A program made the translations under genes and the position numbers. The notes below the pieces were generated by a model, which did not search any database, was not told the DNA's origin, and was given only the letters and a program-made list of their open reading frames with translations. This document shows positions 39,101 through 52,092 of a DNA stretch of 64,000 nucleotides, piece after piece. Origin of the DNA: Podarcis gaigeae (taxonomy: Eukaryota); the NCBI GenBank assembly GCA_964106915.2, contig OZ066914.1; one strand, written 5' to 3'. Within the stretch, counting starts at the first letter, position 1, and every line of letters starts with the position of its first letter.

Positions 39101-40319
39101 GTGGTGGCACCAACCAGGCCTTGTCTCTATGTTCTTTTCATGAATCTATGTTGAAGATCCTCCTTTTTCAAGGAACCTCTCGAACAGAGATCTTTATCTG
39201 CTTTAGGTTTGAAGTCATTTTTACATAGGAAATTGTTTTGAATTCTTTGTATATCTGTATTTTTTATTTTCAAAATATGTATAAATGCTTTATTGTTGAT
39301 GTCTTTCCTGTCAAATTGCTCTGAGATATGGGAAACAATTCACAAGTGCAGTCAAATAAATGAATAAATACCAGGTGAGCCAGTCTCCCCTCAAATCTAC
39401 AATTTCTCTCCCCTTTCCTACACTGAAAGTGTTTTATAATCCCACACAGGGGCACACTTTTCTGCAGGAGATGAATGGCCCTGTGGAAGTGGGGGAGCAT
39501 TTTCAGGCTGACCTGACCTGGTAACAGCTTCTCTCACAAGCAGCCCACTGAACACGTTGAAGAAGGATAATAAAACGATACAATTAGAGGAAAATCATGC
39601 CTATCATTTGTTGACATGAAGCGGTGATTAGGGGAAGGAGCACATTTCCTCTTTCCCTGTTGCTGCTGCTAATTCAAGCTTAAATCCTTGCTCAGTGCAC
39701 TCCCACCTGTCAGAAAAAAAGGCATTCATTACTCTAAATGCCTTCTTGGGTACAGTCTCAGCTCACTTAATGCAGTTTATCACCACAGCAAGAGTGAGAA
39801 GCACAGAAAGAAATTAGGTTAATCAATACCGCAGCCGTTGTGCTTAGCATTCAATTTGGTAGGTCCCTCAGCTTGCCAGACCTTTGGCTATAGGCCATGA
39901 CCTGCTTTAGGTCTTTGTGCCCAGGTAGCTGTCTTATAAGAGGATGCGCTGATCTGGAGTGGAAGGAAGCCTTAAGCTTGAATAAATTGTGTCATTCCTG
40001 CAAGTTGTATGCCATACCTCAGAACATTTACTATGCTGCTTTGGACTCTTGCAGCTCCTACAGTACAAGTCAAATATTTAAGTGCATTAAACTTTCTATC
40101 CTTAGGAATACAGGAATCTTCCTTGTACTGGGTCAAACCAATGGTCCATACTGATCAGAGATGTAAGAATGCAGCAAATTCTGCTCTGTCCTGAATTCAT
40201 TGCAGTCATCACTGTTTCTTTTCTCCTGCAGCTTGACTTCCACTAAAACCTACATTATTCAACTTGCTATCTGTTGTGGCTGAAACTTATGTAATTATAT
40301 AATTGCATGTCAGGGCAAA

Positions 40320-40430
40320 CCCCCCTTAATTCCACCTATACACTCATGGGGGCTAAACTGGGAGTGATGGACCAAAAACAAGACCTTGGGATCCTAGTAG
40401 ACAGCTTGTTGAAGATGTTGCCTCAGTATT
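40320..40430 (+). mobile_element. CR1 ORF2 fragment
   Basis: YTLMGAKLGVMDQKQDLGILVDSLLKM resembles the CR1 (E)RDLGV..D..L motif. Confidence 0.75.
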
Positions 40431-40629
40431 TGGACATCTTTGCCAAAATGGGGTCAACTAAAATTAAGACTGTAAAAAATGAGAAACTGTCAGAAATAAT
40501 AATAAAAGAACAATCAATTCATTCCTAGCCTCAGCTGCCATGTCCTGTCAATCTAATGTCAATTTCCCTCCCTTTTGATTGCTTCAGTGGTGGCAGGTAG
40601 TTTCCTGTAAAGAACTGCTTCATCAGTCA

Positions 40630-41318
40630 ACATGGAAACCAAAATGCTTGTTTACAAAGCTATTGTACTACCAACCTTACTATATGCTTGTGAAACATGG
40701 TCCACTTATAAACGCCATCTCCAACTCCTCGAAAGATTCCATCAACCGTGTCTCCGAACAATTTTGCACATCGCTTGGGAAGACAGGCAAACTAATATCA
40801 GTGTACTGGAAGAAGCAAAGATCACCAGTGTTGAAGCAATGATTCTTCAACATCAACTTCATTGGACTGGTCATGTTGTACCGATGCCTGATGATCGTCT
40901 TCCAAAGCAACTACTCTATTTCGACTTAAAAATGGAAAGTGTAATGCTGGTGGTCAACAAAAGAGGTTTAAAGACTGTCTCAAGGCAAATCTAAAAAAAT
41001 GAAGTATAAACACTGACAACTGGGGAACACTGGCCTGAGAGCACTCCAGTTGGAGAACAGCCTTTACCAAAGGTGTTGTGGGCTTTGAAGACACTCGAAC
41101 TCAGGATGCAAGGGAGAAACGTGCTAGGAGGAAGGCATGCTTAGCAAATCCACACCATGATCAACTCCCACCCGGAAACCCATGTCCCCACTGTGGAAGG
41201 ATGTGTGGATCCAGAATTGGCCTCCACAGTCACTTATGGACTCATTGTTAAAACTGTGTTTATGGAAGACAATCTTACTCGGCTGCAAGTGATCGCCAAA
41301 GAAAGAAGAAAGAAAGAA
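40630..41318 (+). mobile_element. 5'-truncated RTE-clade LINE (not Bov-B)
   Basis: TKMLVYKAIVLPTLLYACETW...QLHWTGHV..MPDDRLPKQLLY, then a frameshift. A C-terminal C2H2-like CPHCGR...GLHSH motif and a GAA-rich tail follow. Confidence 0.93.
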
Positions 41319-41726
41319 TATTTATGGTCTACCAGTAAACAGGGGCAAACCATGGAGGAGAGCATTTACCTTCAAGTCCAGCTTTCATAGGGGAAGCACA
41401 CATGTGTGGAAAAGGTGCTGATATAGCAACATTTTCCCATGGTGTTCATCGTTGTGTCACAACACTTCCATAGCTGTGAATCAAATTTAGCACTACATGC
41501 CAGTATATCAGTCAAAAATCTACTGTTCTATAACACAAAAGGTATAGCTGTGTGAGAGGAACATTAGAAAATGAGACCAAAGTGCTAGCATTATCATTGG
41601 GGAAGCTAACACAATATTTCCCACATCTCGATGGATCACAAATGCTCTGCTCCTAGTATTTGATGGACAAACATCATGTGGCACTGTTGGACATGTCGGG
41701 AAGATGGAATGATATTGGGGGAGGTG

Positions 41727-42067
41727 CAGACCCTCCAAGTGCCCCTGTTTTCCAGGAATGCCCCTGATTTAGAGAAGCCGAATTTGATCCTGGAATGTCC
41801 CACTTGTCCTTAGGATGTCCCTATTTTCATTGCAGAAATGTTGGAGGGTATGGAGTTATTCAACCCTCAAGCTGACTGAAGGCAATCCTGTATAGGAAAG
41901 ATTTTTTTAAAAAAAAAAAGTTTAATGTTTTCTTATATTTTTATATATGTTGGAAGCTGCCTAGAGTGGCTGGGGCAACCCAGTAAGATAAGTGGGGTAT
42001 AAACAGGAAAATTATCAATATGGAATGGGACATCCCTATTTTCATTGGAGAAATGTTGGAGTGTATG
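41727..42067. mobile_element. Composite non-autonomous DNA element containing an L2 tail
   Basis: TIR-like CAGACCCTCCAA / TTGGAGTGTATG, with flanking direct repeat GAGGTG. The right end is duplicated at 41815-41852. Confidence 0.7.
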
Positions 42068-42125
42068 GAGGTGCTGATTTCAGAGGGGGAGAATCACTTT
42101 GCTGCCCTCCTCAGACTGCCTAACT

Positions 42126-42263
42126 CAGGGGTGAGAAATATGTGATCCTTCAGATGTTGTTGAACTACAGCTCCCATCTTCCCTGGCCATTGTCTATGCT
42201 AGCTAAGGCTTCTGGGAACTGGAATCCAATGACATCTGGAGTGTCTCAGGTTTGCCGCCCCTG
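42126..42263. mobile_element. Palindromic hAT-type MITE (~136 bp family)
   Basis: CAGGGG...CCCCTG termini and CAGATGTTG...ACATCTGGA arms. Confidence 0.75.
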
Positions 42264-44039
42264 GTGTAATGATTGTATAACTTCAGTGAGTGTCTATGAT
42301 GGTGTAGGTACTGTTTAGTAGAAAAGAAAGCCATAATCCACAACATAATCCACTCAGGGGAAGGGGTGGGTGTGTTAAACTCGTTGCTAAAATGGAAATT
42401 TAAGAGACTGAAAAAAAACTACGATTCCAAACATACATCACATAACAGTTATAGAGATAATTTTTACACCCTGTGAGCCAGATGCACACTGCAGTGGGAG
42501 TCCAGAAGACAATAAAACAATGAGGGTGGCAGGAAGGAACATCTTGGACCACCTGGGGATTTGGCCCATTTTTAAGAGGCTTTCCAAATCAGGCAGGCTG
42601 AGGACCAAATCCATTGAGTGCTTTATTGTGGCAGATGATAATAATTCTGCTGGGTACTTTATCAGTCCTGACATTCTCTGGATAATGGCCAATGGGAAAG
42701 CATTTATCTACCATGTGCATCTACTTAAAAGCTGGAACAAATCTTCATCTTTATTAAACAAGCCACTCACTCATGGCCTTGATTTTTTTTTTTTGTAATG
42801 CTTTGCCTTGCAAGTGCAAATGAATTTTCTGGAGCATTTCATGTAGAAATGTAGTAGGTCACAGGTACTAGGTTATCAGAATCAATAAAATGTGTAACTA
42901 GTTGAAAACAGACATCCCAGCCTTAAGCCGGCTTGCTCAAAAGTGAAGCACCAGAGTTATCTGAATTCAGTAAGTCTTACTTTTGAGTAGGTATATGTAG
43001 GATTGCACTGCATGGCTGCGATCCTGCACACACATTACTGTTGGTAGGTCCCATTGAACTCAATGGAGCTAATTTATGAGTAGACATACAGATGACTATG
43101 TTGCACAAGTGTCAAGAAAAGAAAGTGCTGTTGTGCATCTAGTGACTCAACGTCATTCCCCCCCACCCCAGTTTGCATCAGCTTCATTCATTTGATACTT
43201 CATATCCTGCGGCAGAGTGGGAAGGGGATGGAGGCAGTGGTGTTCGTGAAATATGAAGTATCAGATTGTGGAAGCTGAAGATGAGTGAAGATCATTTATC
43301 AAAAATCTGTTTTGTTTTTTTATCACAGTCATCATACCACTGGTTTTCTAACAGATACATCATCTGGGAGGAACCAAAGATTACTCAGTATCTCTAATGA
43401 AGTTCATAAACTATTGTATTACTATATTTTCTCCTGTCATGAGATGGAGGGAAATGCATAAAGTCTTTGCAATCTCCCCTTGGATCTGACAAAGTCCATT
43501 ATCTGAGCTCTGAGACATCTCTGAGTGATGTAGTAAGGTGATATTGATCAGTGCAAAAAAAATAAAATAAAATGCAATCACATTTTTTATATTCAGGCTT
43601 TTGTATGATTCTTTGGCTTTATTTGCTCTCCAATGTTTGTTCTATCCAAGATACTGCTATGGTCTCTACATAGCAGTGATCATAGAATTTAAAGCTATGT
43701 CAGAGAAAGGTAAGGTTAGTTACTGGAACTGATTACCTTTTAATATTATAATTATACTGAAGCAGAATTATATCTTAGAATGAGATTAGATATGGAATGG
43801 GACTAAAACATGATCCTCTCTTCCAAAGAACTGGAAAGAGCCAGTTTAACACCAATTTTTAAGAAGGGTTTAGGGGAGATCCAGGAAATTAGAGTTGAAC
43901 TTAATGTCTGTTCTGGGTAAATTGATGGAAATAATTATCAATGCTAAAATCACCAATCATGTAGAATAGCAAGTCTTGAAGAAGACTCAATATGACTTCT
44001 ACAAATGTAAGTCTTGTAGAAGTGGTGTCATCCACTAGT

Positions 44040-44250
44040 CATATCCACACCATCCATTTAAAGCATTCTTATACTGCTTATACTAACAGTCAGGGAACTT
44101 TTTGGAAACTGTGGTTTAAGGGCGCTGGGGATTGAAGCTCTGTGAGATTAGCACCCTTATCAAACTGCAGTTTTCAGGAATCTTTGTGGGGAAGCCATGA
44201 CTTTTAAAGTGGCATAAGAGCTATTTGATATGCTTGGCACAGATGTGACC
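44040..44250. repeat. Squamate interspersed repeat nested in the CR1
   Basis: Same family as 23075-23250 and 57160-57345. Confidence 0.6.
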
Positions 44251-44380
44251 ATTGTGTACTTGACTTTCAAAAAGCTCTTGAGAGAGCCTCTCACCAAAGG
44301 CTCCTTGGTAAATTTAGCAGCCATGGGATAAGAGTAAGAGTCCTGCTATTGATCAATAACTGATTAAAGAACAGAAGGCA

Positions 44381-45242
44381 GGGCACAAGATGTGGGGCAC
44401 AATACAGTGGTACCTTGGATTAAGTACTTAATTCGTTCCGGAGGTCCGTTCTTAACCCGAAACTGTTCTTAACCTGAAGCACCACTTTAGCTAATGGGGC
44501 CATCCACTGCTGCTGCGCCGCCGGAGCACGATTTCTGTCCTCATCCTGAAGCAAAGTTCTTAACCTGAGGTACTATTTCTGGGTTAGCAGAGTCTGTAAC
44601 CTGAAGCGTATGTAACCTGAAGGGTATGTAACCCGAGGTACCACTGTATACAGATGGAGGAATGGGAAAAACTATGGAAGAAAGAGATAAAATTTACAGC
44701 ATGTGTGGCGATTAAAGAAAACTATATGAAAATGATGTATAGATGGTATCTAACTCCGGTTAAATTAGCAAAAATGTACAAAACTAAAGAAAATAAGTGT
44801 TGGAAATGTAAAACCATAGAAGGTGCATTTTTTCATATGTGGTAGGGTTGCAAAATTGTTAAGAATTATTGGGAAATGATTTATAATGAAATGAAGAAGA
44901 TGTTTAAAATGACCTTTGCCAAAAAAAACCAGAAGCTTTCCTATTAGTTATTACAGGAATGGATTTACCAAGATCACAAAAGAACTTGTTTATGTATGCA
45001 ATGTACACAGGTTAATACATTGGCAGGGTTTTAAGAATATTTTTAATTTTATTATGAATGGACAATAATTAATTCAAATGGTTAAAACTTTATAATGGAC
45101 ATGTAGTACCTTGATATACAATGTAACCAAGGAAGGAAATAGCAGGAAGGCAATCTGTTTTGTTTTGTTTTAGTTTTTATTGTTGTTTGTTTTGTTTTTG
45201 TTATTGTTGGAAAATTAATAAAATGTTATGAAAAAAAGAAAG
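44381..45242 (+). mobile_element. 5'-truncated L1 LINE
   Basis: ORF2 C-terminus ENYMKMMYRWYLTP.KLAKMY...CWKC...G.FFHMW*GC (zinc knuckle), AATAAA and A-tail. 15-bp TSD AAAGAACAGAAGGCA at 44366-44380 and 45243-45257. Confidence 0.92.
44405..44646. mobile_element. Tc1/mariner-type MITE, 242 bp
   Basis: TIR CAGTGGTACCT...AGGTACCACTG with TA on both sides. Subterminal TAACCTGAAG repeats. Confidence 0.93.
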
Positions 45243-47349
45243 AAAGAACAGAAGGCAAAGAGAAGAATAAATGGGCAGTTTTCACAATGGTGGGATGTAG
45301 GAAGTGAGGTCTCCCAAGGAGCTCCATCTCCATTGGAGCCAATGTTTTAAACTTTTTCATAAATAATCTGAAATTATGGGTGAGATGAGAGGATCAAGAT
45401 TGGTGCCTTCAACAAAGTCCATAAAGTATATGAAGAGGACTGGGGATGGAAGAGGAACAGATAAGGAAAGAGCAATGTAAATACAACTTGGGAAGGCTGA
45501 AGCAGAGGTGGACACTAAATAAGGAATTGGTAGGATAATAGGTGCTAGATAGACCCATGGATAGTTGCACTGGGTTAGAAGTAGAAGTCAAAATCTAAAT
45601 AACAGTTTGAATGAAGCAGCATGGGTAATTTGTTTTAATAGAGAAAGAGAAGGGAAACAGAATTAGAGAGGGAAAGGAACCTGTTTCAAGATGAAGGGGC
45701 AGAAGGGGAACATTACAAACATAAGAAGAGCCCTGCTGGATGTAGACCAAAGGAGCATCTAGTCCAGAATTCTATTCTCATAGTGACTAACCCAGATGCC
45801 TGTGCCTCATGTTGCACAGGTTGTTTCTTACAATTTAATAATGGCTGCTTCTTCCTAGTTTGCAGGTAAATTGCAGGTTGTTGTCAAGAAACAGAGAGGC
45901 CAAAGGTTGTGCTATGGGATTGAGGGTTTGCTCGGTGACCAACCCTCTCCTTCTAAGGCAAAGTAAATAGTTTGAAGGCAAGAATATAGAGAAATGCTTA
46001 AAATGGACTTTACTTTCTTGGCAACATTTCCCACCCTGTTGGAGAGACAGGAAAGGGAAGACTCCAAAGGATCCCAGACAATCATCTCACTGCATAGGAA
46101 GCTGCCATTGATTTATTTTACTTATTGTTGGTCTTGTGGCCATTCTTTTCGTAAGTCATTGGTGAGATTTGATAGTGTGTGCATGTGTTTAAAAGTACAT
46201 ATGAGAAAAATTCCCTGGGCCTCATGTGGGCCTTAAATGCTGTTGGACACAACAAGGAATGCAAAGCAATCTATAAATCCATATGTAGATATGTTTGTGG
46301 AGTGCATAACATGCTTTTCACTCAATCACAGCTGCTCCATTTGGTGTGCAGATGTATTTGTGTTTTAATTTGCAAACCTTCAAGCCTGCAGAGATCTTGA
46401 CTTGTGTGTGTGTGTTTGTGTGTGTCTGTTTGTGTGCGTGTGTGTAGGTGCATTCTTTTCAAGGTATTATCTCCCCTTTGCTTAAGAATGGCTGGGAACT
46501 TGGAGACAAAGCAAAAGAACATTTCATCTAGTTATGTAATAAAGCCAAATTGTTGATTCTCCTGATCCTCCTGACAGGATAGAACCTCCATAAAGGGAAT
46601 GTTCTATAATTAAAACCAACTTCTTCCAAGTACTCGGGACACTGTTCACGTTGGCAGTCTAAGATCTAAGAGGCTATAATTAAGGCAGTGGTTTATTGGT
46701 TCAGCTTCTCCCCATCCTCAAAAATATGTCTTTCTCAAGCGAGTGGATTGTTTAGAAAGAGGGTGGTTTCTGCATACAGCCTAGCAGAAGGTCTGGAATC
46801 CTTGATAGCTTTCCAGTTGTTCTATGCGACTCTTATTATGATAAAATAGCATTCTAAATTCATTTAACAAGAACGTGAAGGATAATTTCCTCAACTGATG
46901 TGCTTCTCTGACTTATTCTCCCCCCCTTCTTTGTTTTGAATTACAGCAAAGTGCAGGTTGTTAATTTGTCTAGCACAAACACAAAGCCTAATTTCATTAG
47001 GAGGGATCCTTTGGCGGGGCAAAGACATTGGAGCTTGTGAATATTGCTGTCTAAACTTAGGTATCCTAAATTGGAAATGATGTAGAATGCTGTGGTTTGT
47101 AACAGAAGCTCCTGGTAGAGTATTTTGTAGCAGTCATGGAACAAGTTGCTAAATCAAAGAAGACTACCAGGAGTGTTCCAATCAGGTTTGCCTCTAAAAT
47201 GTGCCCCTCTAGGTCTCAGCAGCTTAGGCCTCTGCTTTCTTCTCCCCAGTTGCTGCTTGGTAGTGATTGGAGGTGCATAAATCCCCCTTTCTCCTCTATC
47301 GAAATCACACTATTTTCCTCCCAAAATGGGATAATTCTCAGCTTCTTCT

Positions 47350-49015
47350 TTTTTTTATAATAATTTTTATTAAGGTTTTCCAAATTAAAACAAATCAAAA
47401 CAAATTAAATCCAATCTATAAACTTTTTGCCAATAACTAGGACTTCCCCTCCCTACCCCCTCTTGTGTTCCAAATCTTCCAAATAAGCAATTAAATTCAA
47501 CAAGTTCTTATCCCCAAATTACACTCTTCATCAATAACTCAATTTATCCAAATTCCCATCCCCTAAGATCGATCTATACCCTTCCACGAGTTTCCCCCTT
47601 TCAAACATAGTACAGATGGAAATAAGATAAATATGAATAGTAATTTTACAGCCTTTGGATTCCAAGTTTCCCTCCCCTCTTTCCCCTTTGCGTTTCACCT
47701 ATCCCTCCACTTCTAATATCTTCCTGGAGTTCCCACATTACACTATGTCCCTCAGGTTCTTTGCCAGTCTTTAATTATGGATGTCCAATCATAGAAGGAG
47801 TCTATCAAATAAGGGTCCATTTCTTCTATCCAGGTTTTTATATCCAGGAGTAAAAACTCCAATTTTGTATCCATAAGCTTGTCAAACCTGAATATCCCAA
47901 ATGTTCCCCCAGTTCTGTCCAGTTCTTGTTATTTCCTTGTTCTTGTCAATCATTCTCCTCCTTTTTATTTCTCTGTTCTCCCACAGAAATGTTCTTTTTC
48001 CAAAAGTTTCTAGTGTCTCTGCAGAGGCTTGTTATTCATGGAGCAAAGCATTGCATCATGTTCCTTTCATTTTCCAACAAATAGTTCCATTGTTTCCTGT
48101 AGTGTGTAGACCTCTGTAGACAAAATAATGTTCCATTCCTGCAGTTTCCCAGGAGATTAAGAGTTCCATTCAACTGTTCAAGTTTCCTGTGAAAAACACA
48201 TGCAATATCCCTCGGCTCCTCTAGGTGGATTGCAGTAACAAAGTTCCCTTCCACCAGACCAAATAGCTTGTTGACCAGTATTTAAAACAGTTTATATTCA
48301 ATTTATAACAAATATAACCGGCAAAGTCCTCATAACAAAGTCTCTATTTTAATCTTCCTTTTTGACAGCTCTTTGACAGCTGTCAAAACCTCCATCGCTT
48401 TTCTCCAGGCAGTTTCACGAATTGCTCCAGGGATTCCGGGGGGGGGGGGGGTTGCTTTTTTTTTTTTTAATTTCCACTTTTCTCCTCCAGCTCAATCTTA
48501 TAATTTTCCCTCGCGAAGTTGCTGATTCGGCAAGATAAGGTTACACTCGATCTTAGTTGTCCAGTCCTTTGTTTTGGCTCTTCTACAATTTAGGGGTGGG
48601 CTGACTTCCTTTTTTCCGCCTCCCCCGTTCGCTCCGAATTTTAAAAATTTATCCCCCTTTTTTTAGTCCATATTCCAATTACTCACGGGTTCTTCTTTAG
48701 AGCCGAATTTTCAATAGAAGAAGTCAGCGCTCTCCGCCGGATGGCATGCGGCTGCGCTCGGCAGGGATAGCAGAGAACTCAAAGCACCACGCTTCTCCCC
48801 GGCACCCGATCCGTAGCCTTTAAAAAGGCTCCTTCACGAGTCGGGAGAGCGCTAACGGTGCCAGCCGAGTCTCCATGTCCACGGCCTCCTCTGGCCGTGG
48901 TTTTTGAGGGTCCCCGCATCGCCGGTGCGGTAGGGCCCAACCCCTGCCAAGCCGGCTCCCTCCGGAGCTCGGAGGGAGCCCGCCATTCGGCGATGGCGCC
49001 GACCCGGAAGTCCTC
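47350..49015 (-). mobile_element. Full-length non-autonomous L1-type (HAL1-like) retroposon, 1.67 kb
   Basis: Exact 17-bp TSD AATTCTCAGCTTCTTCT at 47333-47349 and 49016-49032. 5' GAGGACTTCCGG start, CpG-rich leader, AATAAA plus A-tail, and no RT. Confidence 0.88.
48600..49015 (-). promoter_or_regulatory. CpG-island-like internal promoter region of the retroposon
   Basis: One of the most CpG-dense tracts in the window. ETS-type CCGGAAGT near 49004-49011 and ATGGCG/CGCCAT YY1-like cores. Confidence 0.55.
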
Positions 49016-49244
49016 AATTCTCAGCTTCTTCTGGGCCAATTGGATTCAAGCCAGACTCCATCACATCTTTGAGTGCATCATGAAATCTCAATCTATAAAC
49101 CGGCTTGTTGGGAGGGGAGAGGCTGCCGACTTCCTGGTAGGTGAGTCACTGGTGCTTACAGGAAGGGGCAAGTAGCCTGGAAAGTTGGTGTGGTGCAAAC
49201 ACACTGCCAGGAGCAGTGGATTGGCTCTACCACTGCATCCTCTT

Positions 49245-49410
49245 CATTGGGCTCTCCTTCACTGGAGGGTTTTAAACAGTGGTTAGATGGCCATCTGCCA
49301 TCTCATGCTTCTCATGCTTTAGCTGAGATTCCTGCATCGCAGGGGGTTGGATTAGATGACCCTCTGGGCCGCTTCCAACTCTACAATTTTATGCGTCTAT
49401 GATTCTATAA
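49245..49410 (+). mobile_element. CR1 3' end
   Basis: TCTCCTTCACTGGAGG.TTTTAA...GGGGTTGGATTAGATGACC...TTCCAAC, with (ATTCTATG)-like tail. Confidence 0.85.
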
Positions 49411-50230
49411 TCTCAAAATACAAACCTTAGCCTATTCAAGAGCCCATCTATGCCTGAACATGTACACCTGTGCACAAGGCTATCACTGGCTACAAACCCT
49501 GATGGATATGCTTTTCATCCACTGTTGGAGGCAGTATGCTTCTGAGTACCCAGGAGCGTAGCATGGTTTGCCAGTAACCCGGGCAGGTCAAGTATTGCAC
49601 ATACAGACACCCAGGTGTACATGGCAGTGGTCAGAGCCTTTGCTGGCTGGTGTCTAATCATGGGAGTCTTTTCTTGCAAACTAGCCCCAACCTGGGAGCA
49701 GAGATAAGACAGAGAAATATGAAGCCAGGAGCACTGCTGTGTCGCCTCATCTTCCTGTCCTTGCAGCAAGGTGCTCTGGGAAACACATGTGGCTCTGGCA
49801 GTGCTTTCTCACCTTTCTCTTCCTCCCTCCCTCCTAGGTAGGTGGTGGCAGCACCCTCCCTCCCTCTTGGCCAGCCCAGGGGCAGGGCGTGCGTAGGTGT
49901 CCCTTCACCAGCCATGATGAGAAGAAGGTGGTGCTACCCCAGCCCCAAAAGCACAGCCTGGACCCTGGCCTAGATGAAAGAACCTGTCATGGGGGCACCT
50001 GTTTTTGCCCCCTCATAAATTTATGCCCGGGGCCACAGATCCCCTGCCCCCGCCCACTACACTTTGAGTACCAGTTACTGGAAACTTCAGGAGGGGAGAG
50101 TTACTGTTGCAGTGAGGTCCTGCTTGAAGGCTTTCCATAGGCACCTGGTCAGCCATTCTGAAGATAAGATGCCAGGTTAGATGGGTCTTTAGAACTCTTC
50201 TTAAGTTCTTATGTTTATCTGATCCATATC

Positions 50231-50355
50231 CAGGGATTTTTTTCAGCCGGAACTCAGTTCCAGCACTTCTCAGGAGGGCTCCATTACCATTGGAGGAGAA
50301 CAAGGGAGGTGTTTATGGTGAGTTCCAGCACCTCGTTTCTAGGAAAATAGCACTG
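50231..50355. mobile_element. hAT-type MITE, 125 bp
   Basis: CAGGGATTTTTTT...AAAATAGCACTG termini. Exact 8-bp TSD TCCATATC. Confidence 0.88.
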
Positions 50356-51414
50356 TCCATATCTTCCCATTTTTTTGCATGGTATGGATCATGTTTATTC
50401 ATGTGAATGTGCATGTTTAGGCATCAGTGTAAATGAAACCTTGAATGCATAGAGGGCAGAGACAGAAGGAATGGGCATAATCCTGATCTTCTCCTTCTTG
50501 CATCCATTTCAATACTAATGTGGAAGCTTCTGGATGAAGTTTAATGAAAACTGCAGTTTAACAAACTCATTGATCCAAGGAAAGACCCCATTTAGTAAGT
50601 TTATTTTTCATTCCCTTTATGCAAACAAAATAGCCCCCCGCTCCTAAATGCTGCTTTGTTCTTACTGTCATCAGAGCCATATGGTCACGTATACAGACCT
50701 TTACTAAACTCCCACCATGTCTGATCATTAACAGTGCAGCTCTTTGCCAGGGTGTGTTTGCTGAACCACAGGGAGATTATCCAATGAAGATGTCAGTGTC
50801 AAAATGTCTCTTCCAGGAGTCAGTGCCTAGCTCCTGATTGGCCAGTCATTTTATATTCCCATTGAGAGAGTTCAAATGACCTTCTAAATATAAGCTGAAG
50901 CTTATATTCATAGCAATCTTCCTCTCCAGTTATTAGAATGAGCATGATTGGATAATGCCGTCACTCTGATCTTGTCAGCAAATTCTCTTGGCCATTTAAC
51001 AGACAAAATGGCCAAAATGCAATAGACATACAAAGTAACAGAGTGAAGAAATCCTGAAAGAGATTCTGGCTGGTGCTATATATAGATTCAGAACAATAAA
51101 TGAACCTATATTTAGTATCAGTCGCACGGCAGGTGATTACCAAGTGATGGATTCCCTGCCTTTGCAGCACACTTTCTGCAGTGGGGCCAGGCAGGGCTGG
51201 GCTTGGAAAATTAAAAGTTTGTAATGGGGGGAGGGAGAGTCAAGTGAAGGTGTGGGGGAAAGGGCTAAACAAGACATTAGCAAAGAAGCAAGCCCTGGGG
51301 ATGAAATAAAATTAATATAGGGAAATGTAGGATATAGGTTGATCTGCAATATGAATACATGACCACCCCAAAGTTTAACCTTAGAAAATTCCATCTTATT
51401 ACATTTATAGAATC

Positions 51415-51606
51415 ATAGCATAGGAAACTGCCTTATACAGAGTGAGACCATTGGCTCATTAGCTCAGTACTGTCTACAATGACAGGCAATGGATCTCCAG
51501 GGTTCAGGCTGGAGAGTCTTCAGGCCTTATCTGGAGATTCAAGGGATTGAACCTGGGACCTCCTTTGTGCAAGGCAGATGCTCTACCACTGAGGTATGGC
51601 CCTTCC
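51415..51606 (-). mobile_element. Squam3-like tRNA SINE
   Basis: Minus strand GGGCCATACCTCAGTGGTAGAGCATCTGC...GGTTCAATCCC...TAAGGCAGTTTCCTATG. Confidence 0.85.
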
Positions 51607-51782
51607 TCACTGCAGTGCTCACAAAACTCTCCCAGATGCTTCAGTGCTCTCCTTTCTCCCACTCCAATCCAACTAGCTTTTTGAAGGTCCAGAGGGTGGA
51701 GTAGCAGTGGATGCTCTAGGGGAAAAGGTAGTCATTTAAGTACATTGGGCACAGATTCTTTAAGAGTATTATATACTAAAAG

Positions 51783-52092
51783 CCAGTATATCTGGAGGAG
51801 CGTCTCCACCCCCATTGTTCTAACCGGACACTGAGGTCCAGCACCAAGGGCCTTCTGGCGGTTGCCTCACTGTGAGAAACCAAGTTACAAGGAACCAGGC
51901 AGAGGGCCTTCTTGGCAGTGGCGCCCTCCCTGTGGAAAACACCCTCCCATCAGATGTCAAAGAGAACAACAACAGCAGCCCTGTTTAGGGAAGCTTTTGA
52001 TGTTTGATGTATTACAGTATTTTAATATTTTTTTGGAAGCTGCCCAGAGTGGCTGGGGAAGCCCAGCCAGATGGGCGGGGTATAAATAATAA

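Larger units (their letters stand above)
43890..45400 (+). mobile_element. Old CR1 LINE RT region, interrupted by three younger elements
   Basis: Degenerate VYLDFQKA...HQRLL.KF.SHGI, then after the insert ..INGQFSQW.DV.S.V.QG...FINNL. These are CR1 RT motifs. Confidence 0.8.
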
